DNA of 40,000 nt, taken from contig CAVWOB010000017.1 of assembly GCA_963756335.1 (NCBI GenBank), forward strand, positions 205,536 to 245,535. The letters are read 5' to 3'. Within the stretch, counting starts at the first letter, position 1. Every line of letters starts with the position of its first letter. The notes under the pieces are model-generated. The model saw only the letters and a list, made by a program, of their open reading frames with translations, had not been told where the DNA came from and did not search any database. This DNA comes from an uncultured Alphaproteobacteria bacterium. Its GTDB lineage: Bacteria > Pseudomonadota > Alphaproteobacteria > Rhizobiales > Rhodomicrobiaceae. Made by a program: the position numbers and the translations under genes. Below are positions 1 to 9,900 of the stretch, piece after piece.

Positions 1-1350
1 GAGCGCGAATGCACGCTGCAGCGCCGCCACCAGAAGGTGATCGAGGAGGCCCCGTCCGCCGCGCTCGGCGAGGAGCGGCGCGAGGCGCTCTACGAAGCCG
101 CGCGCAAGGCCGCCGCCGCCATCGGTTATGCCGGCGCCGGCACAGTGGAGTTTGTCGCCGACGAGCGCGACGCTTATTTCATCGAGATGAACACGCGGCT
201 GCAGGTGGAGCACCCCGTCACCGAGGCGATTACGGGCCTCGACCTCGTGGAGTGGCAGCTTCGCGTCGCGATGGGCGAACCGCTGCCGCTCAGGCAGGAT
301 GAGATCGCGCGGCGCGGCCATGCAATCGAGGCGCGCGTCTATGCGGAGGACGCCGCGCAGGGCTTCCTTCCCTCCATCGGCGACATCGCGCATTGGCGCG
401 CGCCCGAGGAGGGGGATGGGCTTCGCATCGACGCGGGCTTCGGCGCGGGCGCCGCCGTCTCCCGCCATTACGATCCGATGCTCGCCAAGGTCATCGCGCA
501 TGCCGGTACGCGCGGCGCGGCGCTCGCAAGGTTGCGCTCGGCGCTGACCGGCTTCGAAATCGCAGGGGTTACCACGAACATTGCCTTTCTGGCGCGGCTC
601 CTTGGCCATGACGCGGTTCTTGCGAACGCCGTCGATACCGGCTTCATCGAGCGTGAAATGGCCGGCCTCGCCAAGAAGGAGCCGCCCACGGCCTTCGCCA
701 TCGCCGCCGCCGTCGCCGCGATCCAGAATCGCGAGCGCGAAGAGAGCCGCCGCGACGCCGCCGATCCGCATTCGCCCTGGGCGGGCGGCGCGCCCTGGAC
801 GCTGTTCGGCTCCCGCACGCGGCATTTCGAATTCCGCGACAGGGGCGGCGCGGCCTACAATGCCGCTCTGACGCATTCGCGCGATGGCATGACGCTGGAG
901 ATCGATGGGGATCGGCGGCGCATCCCCTCACCCTGTCCCTTCGCCTTCGAAGCTGTCCCAGACGAGACCGCGCGTTTCGCCGTGACGGTGGGCGGCGCGC
1001 GGCGGACCATGACCGCGCTTTGCGCAAACGGCGCCGTCACCGTGTTCGACGGCCCGGCGCCGATCCGGCTCGCGCTCGCCGATCCGTTCGCCGCGGACGC
1101 CATCGATCCCGGCATCGAAATCGGCCCCGTCGCGCCCATGCCCGGCATGATCGTCGCGCTTCTCGCCAACCCCGGCGAGGCCGTCGAAGCGGGCGCGCCA
1201 ATGCTGATCATGGAGGCGATGAAGATGGAGCACACGCTGCGCGCCGCCTCACGCGGCCGCGTGGCGCGCTATCTCTGCGCTGCGGGCGATTTCGTGGCCG
1301 AGGGCGCGGCGCTGCTGGAGTTCGAAGCCGGGGACGGCGCCGATGGCTGA
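1..1350 (+). CDS. Biotin-dependent acyl-CoA carboxylase alpha subunit (biotin carboxylase plus C-terminal biotinyl domain), 5'-truncated by the window edge; probably 3-methylcrotonyl-CoA carboxylase alpha
   Basis: Frame 1 is open from base 1 (ERECTLQRRHQKVIEEAP..., MNTRLQVEHPVTE: biotin carboxylase signatures). The C-terminus carries the EAMKMEH biotinyl-lysine motif. The stop overlaps the start of the downstream HMG-CoA lyase (ATGGCTGA), matching the liu/mcc leucine-catabolism arrangement. Confidence 0.85.
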   Translation, partial: ERECTLQRRHQKVIEEAPSAALGEERREALYEAARKAAAAIGYAGAGTVEFVADERDAYFIEMNTRLQVEHPVTEAITGLDLVEWQLRVAMGEPLPLRQDEIARRGHAIEARVYAEDAAQGFLPSIGDIAHWRAPEEGDGLRIDAGFGAGAAVSRHYDPMLAKVIAHAGTRGAALARLRSALTGFEIAGVTTNIAFLARLLGHDAVLANAVDTGFIEREMAGLAKKEPPTAFAIAAAVAAIQNREREESRRDAADPHSPWAGGAPWTLFGSRTRHFEFRDRGGAAYNAALTHSRDGMTLEIDGDRRRIPSPCPFAFEAVPDETARFAVTVGGARRTMTALCANGAVTVFDGPAPIRLALADPFAADAIDPGIEIGPVAPMPGMIVALLANPGEAVEAGAPMLIMEAMKMEHTLRAASRGRVARYLCAAGDFVAEGAALLEFEAGDGADG

Positions 1351-2452
1351 ACGCGTGCGCATTGTCGAGGTCGCCCCGCGCGACGGCTTGCAGAACGAGG
1401 CGGCGGCGCTGCCGGTGGCGACGCGGGTCGCCTTCATCGAAAAGCTCATCGCGGCCGGGCTTAAATCCATCGAGGCGGGCAGTTTCGTGTCGCCGAGATG
1501 GGTTCCGCAGATGGCCGATACGGCGGCGGTGCTGAAGGCGCTTGCGCATCGCTCCGGCGTCTCGTTCCCCGTGCTTGTCCCGAACGTCAAGGGGCTGGAT
1601 GCGGCGCTCGATGCGGGCGCAAGGGAGATCGCCATTTTCGCAGCCGCCTCGGAGACATTCTCGCTGAAGAACATCAACTGCTCCATCGCCGAGTCCTTCG
1701 AGCGCTTCGCGCCCGTCGCCGGGCGCGCGCTGTCGGCCGGTTTGCGCGTGCGAGGCTATGTCTCCTGCGCGCTGGGCTGCCCATACGAAGGCGCGGTTGC
1801 GATCGCGAGGGTTGCGGACGTTGCGGCGCGACTGTCGGCGCTCGGCTGCTATGAGGTCTCTCTCGGCGACACCATCGGCGCCGGAACGCCGCACGCCGCG
1901 CGCGACATGCTGAAGGCGGCCGCGGAGCGCGTTCCCCTGCCCTGCCTCGCGGTCCATTTCCACGACACCTACGGGCAGGCGGCGGCGAACATCTACGCCT
2001 GCCTCGAGGAAGGCGTGCGCGTTATCGACAGCTCGGCCGGCGGGCTCGGCGGCTGCCCCTATGCGCGGGGCGCGTCCGGCAATGTCGCGACCGAGGACGC
2101 GGTCTATCTCTGCGACGGCCTCGGCTTCGACACGGGCGTGGACCGCCGCGCCGTCATCGAAGCGAGCCGCTTCATCTTCGAGGCGCTCGGCAAGCAGCGG
2201 GCGCGGCGCCCATCTAACGCGGCGATCATGAAATTGGAACCGGCCCGATGCCCTTCGGCGCCGTTCCCGCGAAAGCGCGAATCCAGCAATACGAATCGCC
2301 TTACGTTACGACCCTTTTGCCAGGTGGCGCTGTGTGGTATCATAATACCGCTCAAAACCACCTGTTTTTGCAAAACGAACCCAATAGAGCCAATTGCAAA
2401 ACGCCGGCCGTTTGAGGCGCCGGGCAGTGGCTTTGTCCTGAAGTGGAATTAG
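1343..2452 (+). CDS. Hydroxymethylglutaryl-CoA lyase; the 3' end is uncertain because the ORF reads through a REP-like repeat into the IS element
   Basis: VEVAPRDGLQNE near the N-terminus, HFHDTYGQAAANI and GLGGCPYA motifs typical of HMG-CoA lyase. Recognisable similarity fades after about ...EALGKQ (near 2200). The remaining ~80 codons are encoded by repeat and IS-end sequence. Confidence 0.85.
   Translation: MAERVRIVEVAPRDGLQNEAAALPVATRVAFIEKLIAAGLKSIEAGSFVSPRWVPQMADTAAVLKALAHRSGVSFPVLVPNVKGLDAALDAGAREIAIFAAASETFSLKNINCSIAESFERFAPVAGRALSAGLRVRGYVSCALGCPYEGAVAIARVADVAARLSALGCYEVSLGDTIGAGTPHAARDMLKAAAERVPLPCLAVHFHDTYGQAAANIYACLEEGVRVIDSSAGGLGGCPYARGASGNVATEDAVYLCDGLGFDTGVDRRAVIEASRFIFEALGKQRARRPSNAAIMKLEPARCPSAPFPRKRESSNTNRLTLRPFCQVALCGIIIPLKTTCFCKTNPIEPIAKRRPFEAPGSGFVLKWN
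2262..2297. repeat. REP-like hairpin repeat, diverged copy in reverse orientation
   Basis: cgttcccgcgaaagcgcgaatccagcaatacg is the reverse complement, with mismatches, of the gaatactgggttcccgccttcgcgggaacg element seen at 3886 and 35309. Confidence 0.6.
2332..2387. repeat. ~56-bp interspersed repeat (gtgtggtatcataataccg...tttttgcaaaacgaacccaatag), copy 1; the IS is inserted at its end
   Basis: Its reverse complement aligns with 29036-29090 (ctattggattcgttttgcaaaaa...cggtattataataccacac). Both ends and the internal ggtatNataatacc palindrome are conserved; the middle ~13 nt differ. Confidence 0.7.
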
Positions 2453-3805
2453 TTCCGACAGCTTTTGCAGGTTCTGGCGCTGCCGTGAAGATTTCTGACG
2501 CAGTTCGCCCGTCACCTGCCAGATGTCCGGTAGGGTTGATCCAACGGTATGCTTGTCAGGTCACCAGCCGCATCAGCTGCTCCGCGGTCAGCGCCAGGAT
2601 GCCGAACATGAGATGGCAGAAGATCTTGGCATGACCGCGCACCCGTATTGTCCGGCCGCCGTAGTTGTCTTTGACCGAGCCGTTGACGCGTTCGGCCGCG
2701 CTGCGCTCGTTGTAGCGGATGGTTTCGGCGAGTTCGTAACCGGCGGCCCGCTTGGCTTGCGCCTCCGCCGCGGCTTCGGCCTTGCCGCCAGGGCGCGGAT
2801 TGGCGTCGATGATGGGCGCATGGCCGAGCGCAAGGCTTTTATTGCGGATTTCCGGCGCGTCGTAGGCGCTATCCATGAGATCGTAGAGATTGGCGACACG
2901 GCGGGCTGTGATGGTGGCCAAGGGGATGGCGGCCTGGCTGTCGTGGAGGGATGCGGAGGTCAGAAGGCACGAAATAGGGATATCGCCATCTGCGGTATCG
3001 ATATGCAGTTTGTAGCCGATCCAAGGCGCGGCGTGGCCTTTCGCATTGCGCTTTACGCCAACAGTGCACGCCGTTGGCAGGTCCGCCAGCATTTCAGCCA
3101 GCGTCATGCCGGTTTGGCGCTCCAGCCGCCGGGGCTCCTTCTTGGCGGGCGCTTCGCCCTTTTTAGGGCGTCCGCGCTTGCGTCTGGCCGCCGAGGCTGG
3201 GGCTTTCACCGGCTTTTCGCGCGCTTCAATGGCCGTTGCATCGCGCGAGATGTGTCCAACCAGCCGGTTCTTATGGGTGTTTACAATCAGCGCCTCATGG
3301 ACGCGCGCGGGCAGGCTGCTTTGCGCAAACTCGGCGAAGGCGCGGGAAAAAGTGCTCTCGCTTGGCGGCCCGCGCCTGCTTTCCCAGCCGCAGAGCCGGC
3401 GAAGCACAGGATCGGCGCCAAGCCGCTCGATAAGCGCCAAGGTTGTCGGCAGGTTGAACACCGCTTTTGCTACGAACGCGCGCGCCAGCGCATGGCGGTC
3501 AGCTGGCGGACGCCCCGGCAGGCCCGGCCACATCTGCACAAAGGCTTCGATGCGCGCCAAATCCGGCACAGTCACAAGCCGCTCGTGCTGTGGAGTGAGC
3601 GGGCCTACCACTTCCCGCAGCATAGGGAAAAGAAAACCTTGAACGTGGCTCCAGGCGCTGGTTAGCATCTCCCGCATGTCCGTGTTCCGATTCGGCTGGT
3701 GGTTCTTCACAAAAGCACCATGCCTGAACTCGGAGCGCGGGCGCCTCACCCCATCCCCCTCAGAAGGAATAAGCCAGCGCGACGGCCCTGTTTTGCAATT
3801 GGCTC
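2387..3805 (-). mobile_element. IS element of the IS4/IS5 superfamily (IS5/IS1182-like), apparently intact
   Basis: Perfect 16-bp terminal inverted repeats: GAGCCAATTGCAAAAC at 2387-2402 and GTTTTGCAATTGGCTC at 3790-3805. They are flanked by the direct repeat AATA (2383-2386 and 3806-3809; extendable to AATAGAG if the boundary is shifted). A single transposase ORF fills the element. Confidence 0.8.
2556..3749 (-). CDS. DDE transposase (IS5/IS1182-like; N-terminal InsH-type domain plus DDE domain)
   Basis: 397-aa ORF bounded by the IS inverted repeats. Contains GYKLHIDTADGDIPISCLLTSASLHDSQAAIPL and ...YNERSAAERVNGSVKDNYG, typical of IS4/IS5 DDE transposases. Confidence 0.85.
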   Translation of the reverse strand: MRRPRSEFRHGAFVKNHQPNRNTDMREMLTSAWSHVQGFLFPMLREVVGPLTPQHERLVTVPDLARIEAFVQMWPGLPGRPPADRHALARAFVAKAVFNLPTTLALIERLGADPVLRRLCGWESRRGPPSESTFSRAFAEFAQSSLPARVHEALIVNTHKNRLVGHISRDATAIEAREKPVKAPASAARRKRGRPKKGEAPAKKEPRRLERQTGMTLAEMLADLPTACTVGVKRNAKGHAAPWIGYKLHIDTADGDIPISCLLTSASLHDSQAAIPLATITARRVANLYDLMDSAYDAPEIRNKSLALGHAPIIDANPRPGGKAEAAAEAQAKRAAGYELAETIRYNERSAAERVNGSVKDNYGGRTIRVRGHAKIFCHLMFGILALTAEQLMRLVT

Positions 3806-3885
3806 AATAGAGTTAATCGGCCGTATATGCTCCAACGGCCCGGCGAGCGGTATGAGCCGGCGGCTTTGGCGGTCCCACCCCTCAT

Positions 3886-3919
3886 CGAATACTGGGTTCC
3901 CGCCTTCGCGGGAACGACG
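3886..3919. repeat. REP-like hairpin repeat (cgaatactgggttcccgccttcgcgggaacgacg)
   Basis: 8-bp perfect stem gttcccgc/gcgggaac with loop cttc. A near-identical copy lies at 35309-35340 and a diverged inverted copy at 2262-2297. Confidence 0.7.
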
Positions 3920-3982
3920 AAAGAGCGGTTGCGTCCGACGATACGCCCGATGCTTCGGCGGAATCCGCCAGGCTGGCCGGTG

Positions 3983-6900
3983 CTATGAGGCCAGCGCGTC
4001 CCTCAAGGCGCGGGCAAGCTGTTCCCGCGTATAGGGCTTGCCGAGAGCGACGCCGCTTTCCACCGGCGCGCGATCTTCGCCTCCCCGGTCGCCTTCGTTG
4101 TAGCCCGAGCACAAGATCACCTTGATGTCCGGCCTGTTCGAGGCGACCCATCGCGCCACGTCGTAGCCCGTCATGCCGCCCGGCATGACGACATCGCTGA
4201 GCACGAGCTGCACCGGAGCGTCCGACGCGAGCACCGCGAGTGCTTCAGGCCCGGTGCGCGCTTCGGCCACCGCATAGCCGAGCCCCTCGATCCGCTTCAG
4301 CGTCATCTCACGGACTTGATCGTCATCCTCCGCCACAAGCACGAGTTCGCCGTCGCCAAGCGCTATTTCCTGGCCGGGCCCCGCCGCTGGCGGCGCTTCA
4401 TCGAGACAGCGAGGCAGGCAGATGCGCACGGCGCACCCTTTGCCCGGCGCGCTCGAAATCGTGGCGAAACCGCCGCTCTGCCTGGCGAAGCTTGCGACGC
4501 TCGTCAGCCCGAGGCCCGTTCCTGCGCCCGAATTTTTGGTCGTGAAGAAGGGATCCATGGCCTTTTCGCGAACGCTTTCCGGCATGCCCACGCCATTGTC
4601 GGCTATGGACAGGCAGACATAGTTCCCGGGTTTGGCTTCCGCGCTGAGTTTTGCGGCGTCCGTGGCTCCGAGCGCGAAGTTCGAGGTCGCAATCGCGATC
4701 CGGCCTCCGTTCGGCAAAGCATCGCGGGCGTTGGCGGCGAGGTTCAGGATGGCGCTGTCGACCTCGCCCGGATCGGCCAGCGTCGTCCAAAGACCGTCCG
4801 CCAAATCCGTCGCGACCGCGATGTGCTCGCCGACGGTGCTCATGAGAAGCTTCGCGGTTTCCTCGACGCGGTCGTTGAGATTGAGGCGCTCCGGCCTCAG
4901 CGCGCGCTTGCGCGCCAGCGACAGGAGTTTGCGATTGAGGCTGGCGCCTTTTTCGGCGGCGTCGAGCGCCCGGCGGAGAAGGAGGCGCGCGGTTTCGTCG
5001 TCGATACGGTCCTGGGCGAGATCGAGGTTGCCCGCGATCACCGAGAGCAGATTGTTGAAGTCGTGCGCCACGCCGCCCGCAAGCTGGCCCACCGCTTCGA
5101 GGCGGCGCGCATTGGCGAGCGCCTCTTCGTTGCGCTTGCGCTCGCTCAGGTCGCGAAGGATAGCGGTGCGGAAGCGGTTCCCCTCGCCGTCGCGCCATTC
5201 CGCGACCGCCACGTTGAGCGGTATCGTTTCGCCGCTCTTGCGCTGAGCCTCCATCTCCCAGATGCCGCCGCTTCCCAGCAATCCGGAAAGGAATTTATCG
5301 AGCCCCTTCCGCATGTGCGGCGGCAGTAAGATACTTGCATGACGCCCGGCAAGCTCGTCGGGTCCGTAGCCGAAGATGCTCGCGCAAGAGGGGTTCGCCG
5401 ATTGAATCGCGCCTTTTTCATCGACGACGATGATGGCGTCCGCCGCCGTGTCGATGATGGAGGCGAGCCGCGCCTCGCTCTCGCGCAACCGCCTCTCGGC
5501 GCTCTTTTGATCGGTGATATCGCGAGCGGTGACGACCGCCCCGATGATTTCGCCGCTCCCGTCCCGGATGGGAGCGAAATTGCTGCTGCAATAGATTTCA
5601 CCGTCTCGCCGCCTGATAAGGTATTCCACGTTTGCCGCCGTCTCGCCCCGCAGCGCCTTGGGGCACGGCCAATCCCGCGGCGGCACGTACTCGCCGCTGG
5701 GCAAGAAGAGGTCGGCGGCCGCATTGCGGTCTTCGAGAGCGCAGAGGCGCGCCTCCTTCGTCTCCAATCCGTGAAAGCTTGCGAAGGCCGTGTTGTAATG
5801 AATGAAGCGCCCGTTCGTATCCGAGATCAAGACCACGTCCGCCATGCTGGCGAGAGCGGCCTCCAGCATGGCGCTACTGCGGCGCGCGTCCTCGGAGCTT
5901 TTTTGCCGCTCGGTGATGTCGAGCGCCACCGTGACGCCGAGGCGTTTTCCTGAAGCGTCCCGCCCGGCCGGCGCGGTCTTGATGGCCCACAGCCGCCTCT
6001 CGCCGGACTTTGTGTAAATCCAGACGGCGCCGTTATCGCTTGGAACCCACCTCTCGAAGAGTGCGCCGGCGCGCTTTTTAATTTCATCTGCGTGTTCGCG
6101 ATAGGCGTAGGCCTCCCACTCGTCCCTCGTTGGAATGTCGGCAGGCGTATACCCGGCAACCTTGGTCAACTCCGGATTGACGAGCAGGATCTTCCGGTCT
6201 TCCCGGGATAGGAGAATGGGAACGGGGACGTTCTCGATGATGGCGCGCAACAGCTCCTCGCTTTCCTGCAGCGCGATTTCGGCGCGTTTGCGCTCCGTTA
6301 TGTCGAGGACCAGCCCGGAGATCACATCTTTCCCGGAGACGGGCCGTGGCTGCCCGCGCGATTCGACCCAGCGAACGGAGCCGTCCGGAAGAGTCACGCG
6401 CCATTCCGCGCCGACGAATTCGCCGGTCTCCAGGGTTCTGCGCAAAGCGTCCAGGAGGCGCCCCCGGTCGGCGGGATAGACGTTGGTGAACGCATTTTTG
6501 ACCTTCAGGGCAACGCCCTCCGGCAGAAAGAGCGGGCGGTCTGAGGCGGTAATCTTGCCTGTTTCAAGATCGACCTCCCAGGTTCCGGACTTCGCCGCAT
6601 GGAGCGCAAACTGCAGCCGCTCCTCGCTTTCGCGCAGGGCCATTTCCGTGCGCTTGAGCCTAGTGATGTCCGTAAAGGCGGCGACGGCGCCGCGAACCTC
6701 GCCATCGCCATCCAGCAGAGGCAGCGCGTTGCCAAGCAGGAACTTGCCGCCGCCCTCGACGAAGCGGATCTCGATCTCGTCTCCGGTAACGGCGCGCTTC
6801 GTGGCGACGGCGTTTCGGATGGCCCACTCGTCAAACGGCAGAAGCCGGCCATTCGCATAGATGTCGAAATTGCTGGGGCCTTCTCCGGCTGGCGGCGACT

Positions 6901-9900
6901 TCGAAAGATTTGTCCCCGGAGGACGTTGCAGAAGCTTGTAGGCGGCAGCGTTGCCGGTCATCTCGGTGCAGGCGGCGTCTTTCGCGATAAGCACCGCGGC
7001 CGGAATCGCTGCAAGTATCGTCTCCAGTTCATGCCGCTTTTGCCTTTGCAGCACCTCCGCCTTGCGAAGCGCCTCCTCGGCCTGCTTGCGCCCGGTAACG
7101 TCGAGACTGATGCCTGAAATGCGCAAGGGCGCCCCATCGGCGCCATAGTCGACTTTGCCCAGCGCCTCCACCCAGCGCATCTCGCCCGAGGGAAGGGGCA
7201 CGCGGTATTCCAGCTTGAATTCGGGCTCCCCTTTCGAAAGCGCGTGGAAGCTCAATGTCTCGACTTTCGGCCGATCGCTGGGATGCACGCAATCGAGCCA
7301 TTCGCCGTAGCCGGGCGAGCCGAGCTTCGGATCGCGGCCATTCAACTCGCAGCAATCCTCCGACCAGATAATGCGCCTCCCGGGAATATCGCATTGCCAC
7401 GCAGCGGCGCCGGCGCCTTTCAGCGAGAAGCGAAGCCGCTCCTCGCTTTCGCGCAACGCTTCCTCCGCGCGTTTATGGGCCGTGATGTCGATGTTGATGC
7501 CGGACGCGCGCAGCGGCGAGCCGTCCTCGGCGTAGTCCACCTTTCCCAGCCCTTCCAGCCAGCGAGTCTCGCCCGTCGGCAGCACGACGCGATATTCAAG
7601 CTTGAATTCGGGGATCCGCCCGATGAGGGCCTTAAGGTTTTCCTGCTCGACCCTGACGCGATCGTCCGGGTGTATGCATTGGAGCCACCCATCGTAGTCC
7701 GGAGAACCGAGCTTCGGATCGCGCCCGTGCACCTCGCAACATTCCGGCGACCAGATCAATTGCTTCGCTGGAATATCGACCTGCCAGGCGCCCGCGTGCG
7801 CGCTTTTAAGGCAGAAGAGAAGCCGCTCCTCGCTCTCGCGCAGCGCCTCCTCCGCCTGTTTGCGTTCCGTGACGTCGAGATTGATGCCGAACATGCGCAG
7901 CGGCGAGCCGTCCTCCGCATAGTCGACATTCGCCAGAGCGTCGAGCCAGCGCACCTCTCCGGAGGGACGCAGGATACGATACTCGGCTCTGTATTCGCTC
8001 GACCGCTTTTCGAGCACGTCGGAGATGCTTTTCGCGGCCCTTGCGCGGTCGTCGGCGTGCAGACATTCAAGCCAGTCGGAGGAGCTGGGCGGCTGGATGC
8101 AATTCCAATCGCGCCCGTAAAGCTCGCAGCTTTCCCGCGATCCGAATAGGATGTCGCTCTGAATGTCCCACCGCCATGGCGCCGCGCCGGCGCCCCGAAC
8201 GGAAAGGCGGAGCAGCTCCTCGCTCTCGCGCAGCGCCTCCTCGGCGCGCTTGCGTTCCGTGATGTCGAGATTGAGGCCCCACATCCGAACCGGAGAGCCA
8301 TCCTCGGCGTATTCGACTTTGCCGAGCGAATCGAGCCAGCGCACCTCCCCCGAAGGGAGCACGATGCGATACTCGGTCCTGTGTTCGACCACCCCTCTCT
8401 CGAAAGCTTCGAAGAGATCCCTTTCGGTTTTTGCGCGTTCGTCCGGATGCAGGCACCCGACCCAATCGTCGTAACGATAGGGCTTGGCGGGATTGGGATC
8501 GCGCCCGTAAAGACGGTAGCTTTCCGGCGACCCGAACGCTTCGCCCGTCTTGATCTCCCACCGGTACGGCGCCGCCCCGGCGCCTCTCATCGAAAGGCGA
8601 AGAAGCTCCTCGCTCTGGCGCAGCGCTTCCTCGGCCTGCTTGCGCGCGGTGACGTCGAGGCTGATGCCCGATACGCGAAGCGGCGAGCCATCGGCTGCAT
8701 ATTCGACGTTCGCCCTGACGTCGAGCCAGTGCACCTCGCCCGAAGGGAACACGACGCGGTAGTCATCCCTGTATTCAAGGGAACGCTTCGCGAAGATATC
8801 CAAAGCCGTGCCGTCGACCCTTGCGCGATCGTCCGGGTGGAGGCGCCGATGCCAATCGTCGAACTTCCTCGGCCCACCGGCGCCGGCCCCGCATCCGTAA
8901 AGCCGGTAGGCGTCCGGCGATCCGATGAAGACGCCCGCTGGAACGTCCCATCGCCAGGCTGCGGCGCCCGTGCTTTGCATCGAGAGGCGGAGCAGTTCCT
9001 CGCTCTCGCGCAACGCTTCCTCCGCCCGCTTGCGGGCCGTGATGTCGATCATGGCGCAGGTGACGCCGGCGATCTTGCCCGAGCGGTCGCGCAAGGGGTC
9101 GGCGAGCAGGTCGTAGATGCGGTCCACGCCGCCGATGCGAACGGCGATTTCGGCGCGCTGGCTTTCCCCGGTGAGGATCGCCTTGCGCTTGATCGCCTGG
9201 CTTGCGGCGGCGTCCTCCGCCCGCTCGAAGACCTCCGCTTCGGTCTTGCCAATCAGCTGAGACGGGCAAAAACAGGTGTTGTAAACCCAGGTGTGGCGCA
9301 GATCGAGATCCTGGGACAGGACCGCGATCGGCGAGCCCTTCAGCGCGACCTCGAAGCGTTCGGTGGCGAGCCGCAGCTCCTCTTCCGCGCGCGCTCGCTC
9401 CACCGCCTGCCAGACGCGGTCGAGCGTGTCGCGCGCGAGCGCTGCTTCCTCTTCGGTCCATTGGCGCGGCGCCGTTACCCCGACAAGCAGGAACGCGCGC
9501 GGCCTGCCTTCGCGCAGGAGCGGCGCCAAAATCCCCGACCGCGCTCCAATCGCTTTGGCGGCGGCTTGCGCGCCCGCGTCCGCGGCAATGCGCTCATCTG
9601 TCAACGTGTCCTCGACGGTGGTGGCGCCCCCGGCAAGGAGGAGTTCGGTAATTCGGCTTGCTGGAAAATGCGGATGCCTGCCAAGCAATGACTCTAAATC
9701 GCCAGTGGCGCTCCATGCGCTTTCCGCGAGAATGGTTTCGCTATCTTGCCGAAATTCCCCCACCCCCGCGACACCGGCGCCAAGTTCCAGGCCGATGGCC
9801 TCGCAGGCAATGCCGACCATCTCGCGCGGCGTTTTCGCAGTCCGAAGCCGCTCATCCAGATTGAGGAAGTAGCGGTCGCGCCTTTCCCTGTCGCGGCGGG

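Noticed and set aside
2200-2452. The C-terminal ~80-aa extension of HMG-CoA lyase might be a real extra domain.
   Set aside because: The extension is encoded by a REP hairpin, an interspersed repeat and the IS terminal repeat. It reads as repeat-derived sequence (..FCKTNPIEPIAK..) and is therefore most likely read-through, not a domain.
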